DNA from: Flavobacterium sp.
GTDB taxonomy: Bacteria; Bacteroidota; Bacteroidia; Flavobacteriales; Flavobacteriaceae
DNA: 64,000 bases
Direction of reading: 5' to 3'
Assembly (NCBI RefSeq): GCF_049318325.1
Contig: NZ_JBMOGQ010000001.1
Span: 32,708 to 96,707, forward strand
A program made the translations under genes and the position numbers. The notes under the pieces were generated by a model that saw only the letters and a list, made by a program, of their open reading frames with translations, made no database searches and was not told the origin of the DNA. Shown here one piece after another: positions 39,091 through 48,936 of this stretch (positions within the stretch are counted from its first letter, which is position 1; every line of letters starts with the position of its first letter).

Positions 39091-40245
39091 TTAATGATGC
39101 GCTTCTTCATGATGATGCTCTTCTACAGCAGAACCAAAATAAAGCGCTGACAACATTGTAAATATATAAGCTTGCAATAATGCAACTAATATTTCAATCA
39201 TAGAAATTGCGAAAGAAAGTACAAATGATAAGCTACTTCCTAACCAGCTTTTAAAAATAAACATCAATCCAATCAAACTCATTAATACGATGTGACCTGC
39301 AACTATATTTGCATAAAGACGAATCATCAAAGCGAATGGCTTAATGAAAACACCTAACAATTCTATAGGAGCTAAAACTATTTTCATTAACACAGGAACT
39401 CCTGGCATCCAGAAAATGTGACCCCAATAGTCTTTTTTTGCTGTAAATGTGGTAATTAAAAAAGTAAGCAAAGCCAAACAAGCTGTTACTGCAATATTGC
39501 CGGTAACATTGATTCCGAATGGTGTTAAACCGAAAATATTTAAAAACCAAACAAAAAAGAAAATGGTTAATAAATAGCTCATGTATTTTTTATAATGCCT
39601 TTCTCCAATATTAGGTATTGCAATTTCGTCTCTAACGTATATAACGATTGGCTCAAATATACGTCCAACACCTGATGCTATATTTCCGTTTTTAGCATAT
39701 GATTTTGCCAAGCTTCTGAATAATAAAAACATCAATAAAGCTACTACAAATATCATAAATACATTTTTCGTAATAGAAAAATCGAGTGGTTTTGTATTGG
39801 TTGGTTCGTGCTTTTCGTTTAAAGTCAAAGAAGCTTCTTTACTATCAACTTTATAAATTTTACTATGATGTAATTGATAGAAATTACCATTTACTTCAGC
39901 CGTTTCTTCTCCATGATGAAATTTAGATGAAGAGAAAACTTGTACACCGTTATCATAAATAATAACAGGAAGAGGAAACCCTACATGCACTTGTTCTCCA
40001 GCCTCATTCTTGTAACCAAAAATATTGAAATCGTATGAGTCTTTTAAGTGATGGTCTATAAACTCCTTGATCTCTGTTTTGATATCTTTAGGTTCTGCTT
40101 CTTTTTCATGATGTGCAGTTCCAGCTACATGTGCTTGTGTCGAAGCAACAACTGAATCATTAACAGGATTAGCATAATTTATCAAAGACATACACACCAT
40201 TAAAGCGCATATAAAAAATTGCAGTGGTTTTCTTGAAATCACCAT
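39091..40245 (-). CDS. atpB: ATP synthase F0 a
   Basis: IRLYANIVAGH, LQAYIF; TACTTTTG promoter at 40286-40293 (-). Confidence 0.96.
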   Translation of the reverse strand: MVISRKPLQFFICALMVCMSLINYANPVNDSVVASTQAHVAGTAHHEKEAEPKDIKTEIKEFIDHHLKDSYDFNIFGYKNEAGEQVHVGFPLPVIIYDNGVQVFSSSKFHHGEETAEVNGNFYQLHHSKIYKVDSKEASLTLNEKHEPTNTKPLDFSITKNVFMIFVVALLMFLLFRSLAKSYAKNGNIASGVGRIFEPIVIYVRDEIAIPNIGERHYKKYMSYLLTIFFFVWFLNIFGLTPFGINVTGNIAVTACLALLTFLITTFTAKKDYWGHIFWMPGVPVLMKIVLAPIELLGVFIKPFALMIRLYANIVAGHIVLMSLIGLMFIFKSWLGSSLSFVLSFAISMIEILVALLQAYIFTMLSALYFGSAVEEHHHEEAHH

Positions 40246-40360
40246 ATCTAATAATTAACTTATATAAACGTTTTCAAATTTGGCGCAAAAGTACAATTAA
40301 AATTAGTATTAAAAAGCAATGCTATTAATATTTTTAATGAATTATCGATTATAAAACATA

Positions 40361-40750
40361 TTACTGCTTATTATTTAATATTCTGATAGTTAAAATTGTT
40401 TCTGTTGCTAAAAAATAAATAAAAATTATAAAAAAATTTATTTTTTCTAATTGTGTTTGATGTAAAGAAGCTTTTAAAATAGGGTGAATTAAAAGATAAG
40501 CAACTACTAATTTTATTGACGTGAGCAATAGAAATGTATACCCAACATTATCAATATTTCGCTCTTTTACTTTAATCAATACGCCTACAATTAGTAAAGA
40601 AAAAATAGAAAATAGACCATATAGCAACGGAATAGAATAAATAAAATTATCTTCAATCGTTTTAACAACTAATAAGAAGAAAATTAATTTGTGAATAATT
40701 AATCCAATTACTGCTATGAGTATAATTTTAAATAATGGTTTTGTCTTCAT
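40361..40750 (-). CDS. Membrane protein upstream of atpB (AtpI-like position)
   Basis: About four TM helices; operon position. Confidence 0.7.
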   Translation of the reverse strand: MKTKPLFKIILIAVIGLIIHKLIFFLLVVKTIEDNFIYSIPLLYGLFSIFSLLIVGVLIKVKERNIDNVGYTFLLLTSIKLVVAYLLIHPILKASLHQTQLEKINFFIIFIYFLATETILTIRILNNKQ

Positions 40751-40986
40751 TTGTTTTCGTCCATTTTATTTATTTCTTTTAATTGACGAATTATATTGTA
40801 AAAAGCAACTCCAACACCAACGATTGTTGTGATTTTAATAAAAATGTTATGATTATTAAGAAATTTTTGGTCGAGCCATTGCCCTAATTGAGAAAATAAA
40901 AAAACAATAAGTCCCATTTGAATTGGAATATTGATAAGCGACAGCCATTTGTTACGCTGTTTTTTCTTCTGAGGATTTTCCATCAC
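40747..40986 (-). CDS. AtpZ/AtpI family protein
   Basis: QMG..LGQWLD motif, two TM helices. Confidence 0.8.
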   Translation of the reverse strand: MMENPQKKKQRNKWLSLINIPIQMGLIVFLFSQLGQWLDQKFLNNHNIFIKITTIVGVGVAFYNIIRQLKEINKMDENK

Positions 40987-41356
40987 TTATCATGTTTTTT
41001 ACATGTGGTTTCATTATACATGATGCGCTAAATTCTGCGCCAGGTTCAACTGATAATTTACCGCATACTACTTCACCTATAATATGTGCTTTTGATTTTA
41101 TATTAAGGATTTCCTGAACTTGTATTTTTCCTTCAAATTTACCCTCGATATCGGCATTTTTGCAAATGATATCCCCTTTTACACTTCCTGCAGGGCCAAT
41201 TACAATTTTGCCTTTGGATTGAAAATTACCAACTAAGTGACCATCCAAACGAAAATCAGCGGGCGAAATAATATCGCCTTGAATGGTTGTCCCTTCAACA
41301 ATTCGGTTGGTTTTACCTAAAAGATCGGTGTATGATTTTGGACTTTTCTCAAACAT
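40952..41356 (-). CDS. Bactofilin (polymer-forming cytoskeletal protein)
   Basis: Beta-helix repeats (IQGDI..RLDG..VKGDI..IEGKFEG..LSVEPGA). Confidence 0.9.
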   Translation of the reverse strand: MFEKSPKSYTDLLGKTNRIVEGTTIQGDIISPADFRLDGHLVGNFQSKGKIVIGPAGSVKGDIICKNADIEGKFEGKIQVQEILNIKSKAHIIGEVVCGKLSVEPGAEFSASCIMKPHVKNMISDGKSSEEKTA

Positions 41357-41361
41357 GATTT

Positions 41362-44214
41362 CTATCCTTTTTTACCTAATTTTTGTCCTCCTGGTGATGG
41401 CGGCGGACCGAATTCTTGGTCGTCCCCATTTAGATCACCTTGTTTTTGTTGGACTCCTTTTTGATCTTTCCCTTTTATATTCTGATTTTGGTTGTCTTCT
41501 GAAGGCTGATCTTGTTGTTTATTATTAACAGCTGATTTTGGTTGTTCTGCAATTGGCGCTTGTTCTATTGTTCCATCCCAATTTGGCTGCGATGCAGTTT
41601 CAGGGAGATTTCCGGCTAAAAATTCATCTAAATTCTTTTTTATTTGAACTATGGTGTAATTTTCTGCCGAAATAATAATTGGCTTTTGTATTACTTTATA
41701 ATCTTTATAGTCTTTTAAAATAGACGTAATGCCTATGGCTAAATCCTCTGAATTTATACCATGTAACACAACAAAATTATCAGTCATTGTGTAAATATCT
41801 AAAGAAACTGCAAGCTTATTTAAACTTCTGTCTGCTATAAATTTTTTGATTTTTTCTCGAAGAACTTTTGTTCCTGCATTTTCAAAATCTTTGGTTTGGT
41901 ATAGAATTTTCCAGTTTTTTGAAGGTGCTTTAGACAATTCCAGTGCATTTAATTTTGGCAAATCGACAGTCAATAATTTTTCTGCTTTTTTACCTTCTTC
42001 ACTATTTGGATAATTTAACGCTACATAATTTAAGGCTGTACTAAACTCCTCTAGTCCGCCAAGTTTACCCGCGATATTGGCTTTTAACAATTCGAATTTA
42101 GGAACTATTTCATCTCCTGTAAATCGGTTAATAGCATTTTCAGTTGCAGTTAAAACCGTTTTTATTTCCCCGTTTTGATATTGTTTATAAATATTTGCAT
42201 AAGCAACATTAGGAGAATCGCTTGACTCTTCCATTTTGCTTGACGAATTCTGTAATATCTGAGCATAACGAGAATTTGGATATTGTGCAACGATACTTTC
42301 TTTCATTGCATCTGCTTTTTGTTTGTCTAAAATTTCATAAATCTTATACAAATGATACATTGATGGTAAGACTAATCTTTCCTCGGGGTTGTCCTTTAAT
42401 AACTTCTCAAATCTGTTTATTGCTAATTGATACTCTTTGAATTTCTCTTTGTAAATAATACCTAGTTGGTAGTTAGCAAAGTTTCTTTCTTTGCTTAAAC
42501 TGTCTATCGTTGTTTGTGATTCTGGAATTTGTTTAATATAGAAAGCTGTCGTGTACTTACCTTCTGCATCAGCTGTTTCTTTAGCATCATTCTCAGTTTC
42601 GGTATCTTCAGCGTTTAAATCTTCTGTTTTTCCGTTTTCTTTTGTAGAAATTGACGAAACCCGCCAATTGTCTTGCAAGACTCTTTTACCCCATTTTTTA
42701 GCAAACTCTACTTTACCATAAGCAACTGTGGATGCGGTATAAAAATAAAAATCATTTTGACTTGATGACGCTATGTTGCTATTTACTTTTGGCGCTAAAG
42801 CCTTTTCTTTTTTATTATTAGCAGCATCTTCCGAATCGATTTTGCCATCTTCTCTATCTTGATTTTCTTTAATTCGAGCTTCCTTTTCGGCTGCCTTTAT
42901 TTGTGCTTCCTCTACTTTTTTTAATTTTGCAATATGTTTTTCAAAATAGGTTGTTCTTTCTGAACCCGACATTTTATAGAGAGCAATAATACTGTCATTT
43001 GCTTGTGAAATCGCTTCATATTTGATAACGTCTTCAAGATTTTCTCTTTTCTTTTTTATTAAATTAAATTCTCTTGTTCTTGGTTTCAATTGAACCAACG
43101 TACTATCATAGTAATTACCGGCTTTCGCAAATTTAGATTCAATAAAGTATAAGTCGGCTAAATTTCTATAATTGGAAGCTATAAGATAAGTGTCTTGTGA
43201 TTTCTTTTTTAATGAAAGATTATATTCTTTTATGGCTAGTTTTTTATTATTCTTTTTTTCATAAAACAACCCCAATTGATGATGCAAAACATCTAAAAAC
43301 GGTCTATTTTCTCTGTCTTTTAGTAAATCATTATATTTTTTTAGGAAAGCAACGGTGTCACCTTTTTTATAATCAAACTGTGCTGATTGTCTTGCGTGGG
43401 CATGAATTACATAGGATTTAGCAGCTTTTCTGCGCATATCAATTACGGTTTGATAACTGGCATAAGCGCTGTCTTTATATCCTAGTTCTTCATAGATTTG
43501 ACCTAAAATATAGTTGTATCTAGAGATTTCTTCTTTAGATTTAGTAAATTCTTTAGCAATTTTAAGTTTGGCTACAGCACTGTCTTTTTCTTGTAAATTT
43601 AAAAAAGCCTGAGCTAAAGTTGCATTGGCATCAGCAAAGATCTGATCTTTAAATTTGATTTCCTTTAGCAATTTTCGAAGGTTATTTACGGCCAAAGCAT
43701 CATTATCCAGACGCATATTGGTTTTTTCTCTCCAAATTTTTACTTCATATATTTTATCGCTATTTGGAGATTTGTTGAGCACATAGTTGAATGCGTCTAA
43801 AGCAGGGACAAAACGCTGGTCATAATATCTTGCTTGTCCAAGCATCATGTAAGCTTCATCCATTTGTGGGTTTTTCTCTGAACCGTTAATGTTCATTGAA
43901 TGTTTCTGAATTGCTTTTGTAGCTTTGGTTTCAGCTTTCTCAAAATTGGCATTCTTAGTAGTTCCCGGCATAAGATTATCTTCCGAAACTTGCATTCTTT
44001 CTACAGGAAGGATTTCCCAGAAATTATCTTTATTTTGAAGTTTTACTTCCTCAATACCTTTATTTAAAGCTATTCCCCCATTGTATAAAATGTTGTCTTT
44101 AGTGCTTAAGGCATGTGAATTTCTAGAAAGCCAAGTATTTCTCTTGGTAGAACAAGCGATTAAAAAAAGCAATAATCCAAAAAAGAGGAAATATTTTATT
44201 GTATTGGTTTTCAA
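41362..44214 (-). CDS. sprE: T9SS/gliding-motility TPR lipoprotein SprE (PorW family)
   Basis: TTG start, LIAC lipobox, NILYNG..KAIQKHSM, FYFY..WGKR.L.DNWR; location upstream of bactofilin-atp. Confidence 0.78.
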   Translation of the reverse strand: MKTNTIKYFLFFGLLLFLIACSTKRNTWLSRNSHALSTKDNILYNGGIALNKGIEEVKLQNKDNFWEILPVERMQVSEDNLMPGTTKNANFEKAETKATKAIQKHSMNINGSEKNPQMDEAYMMLGQARYYDQRFVPALDAFNYVLNKSPNSDKIYEVKIWREKTNMRLDNDALAVNNLRKLLKEIKFKDQIFADANATLAQAFLNLQEKDSAVAKLKIAKEFTKSKEEISRYNYILGQIYEELGYKDSAYASYQTVIDMRRKAAKSYVIHAHARQSAQFDYKKGDTVAFLKKYNDLLKDRENRPFLDVLHHQLGLFYEKKNNKKLAIKEYNLSLKKKSQDTYLIASNYRNLADLYFIESKFAKAGNYYDSTLVQLKPRTREFNLIKKKRENLEDVIKYEAISQANDSIIALYKMSGSERTTYFEKHIAKLKKVEEAQIKAAEKEARIKENQDREDGKIDSEDAANNKKEKALAPKVNSNIASSSQNDFYFYTASTVAYGKVEFAKKWGKRVLQDNWRVSSISTKENGKTEDLNAEDTETENDAKETADAEGKYTTAFYIKQIPESQTTIDSLSKERNFANYQLGIIYKEKFKEYQLAINRFEKLLKDNPEERLVLPSMYHLYKIYEILDKQKADAMKESIVAQYPNSRYAQILQNSSSKMEESSDSPNVAYANIYKQYQNGEIKTVLTATENAINRFTGDEIVPKFELLKANIAGKLGGLEEFSTALNYVALNYPNSEEGKKAEKLLTVDLPKLNALELSKAPSKNWKILYQTKDFENAGTKVLREKIKKFIADRSLNKLAVSLDIYTMTDNFVVLHGINSEDLAIGITSILKDYKDYKVIQKPIIISAENYTIVQIKKNLDEFLAGNLPETASQPNWDGTIEQAPIAEQPKSAVNNKQQDQPSEDNQNQNIKGKDQKGVQQKQGDLNGDDQEFGPPPSPGGQKLGKKG

Positions 44215-44365
44215 AGCAAAACGTTTAGTGTTATAACGCGAAAAAGTCATAAATAGTATAACTAACTGGTAAAAATACGTTTCTTTTTGATATGGCAAAA
44301 AAATAAGCCGGAAGATTTTGCCATTATTGGTAAAACCTCACGACTATTATATATAAAGTTGTTTC

Positions 44366-45064
44366 TTAAACGGCAAAAAACACTTCTAATTCTTTTAAAG
44401 TTTCCGGGGAAGTTTGAATGTCTTTTACTACTTCTCCCAAATGTAAAGCTACAATTCTGTTACAAACCTCAACCGTATGAACCAAATCATGTGAAGAAAT
44501 CAAAACTGTAACGTTTGGATTTTCGGCTAATTCTTTGATTATGATTTTTAATCGGTTAACCGTGGTTGGATCTAAATTGGCGAAGGGTTCGTCTAAAATA
44601 ATCACTTCGGGATTTCCAATTAAAGTAGCGATAATCCCTACTTTTTTCATATTCCCTTTGGATAAATCTCTTAAATATTTTTTGCTGTTTAGAATTTCAC
44701 CATTAAAGAAATCTTCGTGTTTTTTTAATAAAACATCAACATCGGCTTTGTTTTGTCCGCGTAAATCGCCAATGAAATAAAAATATTCTTCAGCGGTTAA
44801 ATAGCCAATCAAAAAACTTTCATCTATAAATGCGGAAGTGAAAGGTTTCCATGCTTCGCTTTTGTCTACCTGCACATCATTATTTATGATATGTCCGGAA
44901 CTGGGCTGAATTAAATCCAAAAGCAAACTGAAAAAAGTGGTTTTCCCGGCACCATTATTTCCAACTAATCCAAAGCTTTGTCCTTTTGGAATTTCAAGAC
45001 TTGGCATGTTTAAAACCATGGTTCCTAAATTGTATCTTTTGGTTAAATTAGTTACTTGTATCAT
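44366..45064 (-). CDS. ABC transporter ATP-binding protein
   Basis: GNNGAGKTT, LSKG, LDEP. Confidence 0.92.
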   Translation of the reverse strand: MIQVTNLTKRYNLGTMVLNMPSLEIPKGQSFGLVGNNGAGKTTFFSLLLDLIQPSSGHIINNDVQVDKSEAWKPFTSAFIDESFLIGYLTAEEYFYFIGDLRGQNKADVDVLLKKHEDFFNGEILNSKKYLRDLSKGNMKKVGIIATLIGNPEVIILDEPFANLDPTTVNRLKIIIKELAENPNVTVLISSHDLVHTVEVCNRIVALHLGEVVKDIQTSPETLKELEVFFAV

Positions 45065-45127
45065 TTTGAAAGTTTATGAAATTTATGAGTTTATTTTAAA
45101 CTACTGTTTTTATTTAATTTGAATTCT

Positions 45128-45159
45128 AACTGAACACTGCTAACTGTTACAGAACACTA
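45128..45159. repeat. ACTG-family arm
   Basis: AACTGAACACTGCTAACTGTTACAGAACACTA; last CTA is the TAG of the upstream minus-strand gene. Confidence 0.55.
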
Positions 45160-46626
45160 ATTTTTTTGTTTGTAAGCAGCTATGGTTGCATATTTTTCTG
45201 TTTTGTAAATCTTCTCTATCATGGCAAAAACTTTATTTCTAAAAGCAAACCCAAGCACTCCGGCTAAGGCAACAAAAAGAAATCCGATATTGGCAGAAAA
45301 AAGATAATAACCAAGTGCGTACAAAATCATTGGCACTGCTAATTTTGGTATTGAAATCAGCATGGTTTTTATGTTAAAAGCCTGCTTATCTCCAAAAGCT
45401 TTATTTGCCATAGTTAAATCGATAGGAGTTTTAACAAAAGCGCCACCAAGCATTACCAAATGAGAATTTACACCAATATTATAAATAGCGCCAACTACGA
45501 TTAGCATGTAAATGTGCCATCCAAAATACAAATAGAAAGAGGCAATAATTGTTGAGATTAATGTTCCGATAACCATCAACCACCATTTTGAACTGATGTA
45601 CTCGCGGTACTGAATATTTTGACTCATCATCAGTTGATAATAGGCGCTATCCCAACTTGGTACAAATTGTCCAAACGTGAATAAAAATCCACCCGAAACA
45701 AAAATACCTGCAAAAACCTGCATTGCTGGATTTTGATAGGCTTCAATCGAATCGGTGAAAAATAATAATCCATAAAAAATAAAAAGAAAACTCATGATTA
45801 CTGTGGTTCGGGATCGTTTGTTTCTTTTTAAAAGTTTGATATCGTTTTTGAGAAAAGTTCCAAGTGTCCCAAATTGATTTAACCAGGTAAAGTTTTCGGT
45901 TTTTGCTTCGTCGCTTTTTTTAGCCAAACCAGTATCCAGATTTAAGTTCTTTTTAAAATAGTCAAACGAAAAGTAATAAGTTACAATTACTAAAAGTATC
46001 GGAATTAAAAACAAATAATACGTGTTGTACATTCCCTGAAAAAAAGGTTGGGTATAATTGGTTACATCAAAAATTTTATAATATTGAGCCAAGCCCAAAC
46101 TCACTACTACGGCCAATACAGAATAAAAAACGCTATCCTTGTTATTGAGTAAAACGTTGATAAAATTATTAGCATAAATCAATGTAATTATTCCCAAATG
46201 CCACAAAATTACTTGAAATCCGTATCCATTTATTAATAGAACAACCGTAAACGGAATAAAGAAAAAAGCATGCAACATATTAAAAAAGGATATGCTCGTT
46301 TTTCCTAGAGAAAAATGGACAATAGTGTCTCTTTTTATGGGTAAATTTAGTAATGGTTTGATATTGGTAACCGGCATTTTTTGGAAAAAATACCGAATCA
46401 CTAAATCCGCAACCAAATAATAAATCAAAAATTTATTAACTGTTGCCAAAGGTTCTAAATGAAATTCTTCTTTTAACAAAAAGAAAACTGCAACACCGGC
46501 AGCAACAAAAATGACCATAAAATAAATGGCCATAAAGCCCATAACAATTTTCAATGCTAAATTAGTGGCAAACGAAGCCGAACGAAAAAAAGATTTCCAT
46601 TCTAAATTGATGAAATGTTTAAACAT
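45157..46626 (-). CDS. DUF5687-type ABC permease-like membrane protein
   Basis: Multi-TM; LEWKSFFRS, FGQFVPSWDS; co-oriented with the ABC ATPase. Confidence 0.78.
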   Translation of the reverse strand: MFKHFINLEWKSFFRSASFATNLALKIVMGFMAIYFMVIFVAAGVAVFFLLKEEFHLEPLATVNKFLIYYLVADLVIRYFFQKMPVTNIKPLLNLPIKRDTIVHFSLGKTSISFFNMLHAFFFIPFTVVLLINGYGFQVILWHLGIITLIYANNFINVLLNNKDSVFYSVLAVVVSLGLAQYYKIFDVTNYTQPFFQGMYNTYYLFLIPILLVIVTYYFSFDYFKKNLNLDTGLAKKSDEAKTENFTWLNQFGTLGTFLKNDIKLLKRNKRSRTTVIMSFLFIFYGLLFFTDSIEAYQNPAMQVFAGIFVSGGFLFTFGQFVPSWDSAYYQLMMSQNIQYREYISSKWWLMVIGTLISTIIASFYLYFGWHIYMLIVVGAIYNIGVNSHLVMLGGAFVKTPIDLTMANKAFGDKQAFNIKTMLISIPKLAVPMILYALGYYLFSANIGFLFVALAGVLGFAFRNKVFAMIEKIYKTEKYATIAAYKQKN

Positions 46627-46739
46627 GATTACTATTGTTTTAGGTTGTGAAATTAGTTCTTAAATGTAAAAATTTGTTACACAGTATCAAAGTTACTTTA
46701 CTAATCAGTGCTATTTATTACCTTTGTCAAAAAAAATTC

Positions 46740-47795
46740 ATGTCTTCCTTTTATAAATTACAAATCAAAGAAGTTAAACACGAAACTGCCAATGCCATTT
46801 CTGTTGCTTTTGCTATTCCGACCGAATTAAAATCCGCCTATCAATTTACGGCCGGTCAATATGTAAACTTAAAGTTAACTCTAGATGGTCAAGAAATTCG
46901 TCGGGCCTATTCCGTTTGCTCATCGCCTACTAGTGGTGAATTACGCATTGCTATCAAATCGGTAAAAAATGGTCATTTTTCAAAATTTGCAAACGAAAAT
47001 TTAACGGTTGGAGATATTTTAGAAGTTGGTCAGCCAGAAGGAAAATTTACTTTTGAACCATCATTTTCAAATCAAAAAAACTATGCAGGTTTTGTAGCGG
47101 GAAGCGGAATTACACCCGTTATGTCAATTCTAAAATCGGTCTTAGAAAGCGAACCAAAAAGTACTTTTGTTTTGGTTTACGGAAATAAATCGCCTGAAGA
47201 AACTATCTTTCACAACGAGTTACACGAATTGCAATTGAAATATGTTGGGCGCTTTTTTGTACATTATGTTTTCAGTCAAGCTAAAGCTGACGGCGAACTT
47301 TTTGGACGTATTGATAAATCGGCCGTTAATTTTGTTTTAAACAATAAACACAAAGAAAAGGCTTTTGACAAATTCTATTTATGTGGCCCGGAAGCTATGA
47401 TTAATCTGGTTTCGGATGTTTTGCTAGCACATAATGTTGCCGAAAAAAATATCAAATTCGAATTGTTTTCTACCTCTAAAGCTGACAAAAATACTAGTGC
47501 TGAATCGCACACCGGTCATACAAAAATAACCGTAATGGTTGACGAAGAAGAAACCACTTTCGAAATGTCACAAAAGCAAACGGTTCTCGAAGCAGCTTTG
47601 AAACAAGGAATAGATGCTCCATACTCATGTCAAGGTGGAATTTGTAGTTCCTGCTTAGCGCGAATTACGAATGGAACTGCCGAAATGAGAAAAAATTCAA
47701 TTTTAACCGATGGCGAAATTGCCGAAGGATTGATTTTAACCTGTCAAGCACATCCAACATCTGCAGAAATTTATGTGGATTATGATGATGTGTAA
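46740..47795 (+). CDS. Ferredoxin-NADP reductase-type flavoprotein with C-terminal 2Fe-2S domain (PaaE-like)
   Basis: RAYS, GSGITP, YLCGP, CQGGICSSC..C; TACCTTTG promoter at 46719-46726. Confidence 0.9.
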   Translation: MSSFYKLQIKEVKHETANAISVAFAIPTELKSAYQFTAGQYVNLKLTLDGQEIRRAYSVCSSPTSGELRIAIKSVKNGHFSKFANENLTVGDILEVGQPEGKFTFEPSFSNQKNYAGFVAGSGITPVMSILKSVLESEPKSTFVLVYGNKSPEETIFHNELHELQLKYVGRFFVHYVFSQAKADGELFGRIDKSAVNFVLNNKHKEKAFDKFYLCGPEAMINLVSDVLLAHNVAEKNIKFELFSTSKADKNTSAESHTGHTKITVMVDEEETTFEMSQKQTVLEAALKQGIDAPYSCQGGICSSCLARITNGTAEMRKNSILTDGEIAEGLILTCQAHPTSAEIYVDYDDV

Positions 47796-47859
47796 TTAGT
47801 TTGCAGTCGCAATTTTCAGTTTTCAGATGCTGCTAATTGTGACTGAATACTGAACACTA
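47796..47859. repeat. CAGT/ACTG-family inverted element overlapping the GT9 3' end
   Basis: AGTTTGCAGTCGCAATTTTCAGTTTTCAG ... TGTGACTGAATACTGAACACTA. Confidence 0.75.
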
Positions 47860-48871
47860 CTTTTTCTGGAGCAATAGTTCGCATCGCATCTTCATAACCA
47901 GCAATTTTTTTGTTTCCGTAAACGGAAGTTGGCAATAACGGAAACTTTTCTCTATCAGAAACCAAGCAGTTTTCAAGCGGTTGATTGAATGGTGTAAATC
48001 CTGCAAACGGATGTGTAGCGCCCCAAAGCGTAATTACTTTTATTCCCAACATCGCAGCCATATGTGAATTCCCAGAATCCATAGAAAGCATTACATCAAG
48101 ATTGGAAATCAAATCTAATTCTTGTTGAAGATTTAATTTTCCAGCAACATTGATGACGTTTTGGTTGCAATTCGCAAACGTATTCAGAATTTCAATTTCC
48201 TTGTTTCCGCCACCAAAAAGAAAGATATTATTAGTTGGTTCAGATGCTAATTCTTCTATAACTTGATGCATTAAATCTTTCGGATAGACTTTGGAATCGT
48301 ATTGTGCAAATGGTGCAATACCAATCCATTTTTGAGTTGTTTTTTCTCCTGTGATTTTTAAAATATCTTCAGCTAAATTTACTTTTTGTGGAAACTTTGG
48401 ATTCGATAAATCAACCTTAAAACCTAATTGATTAAAAGTATCAACATGCCTCTCGACCATGGTTTTTATTGGGCAGAAGATTTTATTTTGAGCTCGGGTT
48501 AAAGTTCTTTTTTCTGCTCTTCCTTTATCCGTATGTGCTACTTTTTTAACGCTTAACGCGAATAGTATCCGAAGAATTTGTGATCGCAAAACATTATGCA
48601 AATCAGCGACAGCATCAATATTCAATTGCTTTAAATCGGAATACAATTTCAATATACCTATAAAACCTTTGTGTCTTCCTTTGACATCAACAGCAAAAAA
48701 AATCACATTCGGAATTCCGTTAAAAAAAGGTTTGAAAAATGGTCGGGATACGACTGTGATTTTTACGTTTGAATTTTGCTCAACAAAAGCTCTAATAACA
48801 GGAACTGTCATCGCAACATCGCCCATGGCAGATAATCGGATTATGGCTATATGTTGGATTGGATTTGACAT
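47816..48871 (-). CDS. Glycosyltransferase family 9 (heptosyltransferase-like)
   Basis: RLSAMGDV, DLH, DSGNSHMAA..LWGAT. Confidence 0.9.
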   Translation of the reverse strand: MSNPIQHIAIIRLSAMGDVAMTVPVIRAFVEQNSNVKITVVSRPFFKPFFNGIPNVIFFAVDVKGRHKGFIGILKLYSDLKQLNIDAVADLHNVLRSQILRILFALSVKKVAHTDKGRAEKRTLTRAQNKIFCPIKTMVERHVDTFNQLGFKVDLSNPKFPQKVNLAEDILKITGEKTTQKWIGIAPFAQYDSKVYPKDLMHQVIEELASEPTNNIFLFGGGNKEIEILNTFANCNQNVINVAGKLNLQQELDLISNLDVMLSMDSGNSHMAAMLGIKVITLWGATHPFAGFTPFNQPLENCLVSDREKFPLLPTSVYGNKKIAGYEDAMRTIAPEKVVFSIQSQLAASEN

Positions 48872-48881
48872 ATCATAAATT

Positions 48882-48929
48882 TGTCATTTCGACTGCAAGT
48901 GATGAAATTCCTCCTTTGTGGGAATTACA
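48882..48929. repeat. Degenerate REP-like inverted doublet
   Basis: TGTCATTTCGAC...ATTCCTCCTTTGTGGGAATTACA imperfect inverted repeat. Confidence 0.45.
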
Positions 48930-48936
48930 ATAAGGA

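Noticed and set aside
35155-40245. atpD and atpC missing from the ATP synthase operon
   Set aside because: A split operon with beta and epsilon elsewhere is normal in Flavobacteriia.
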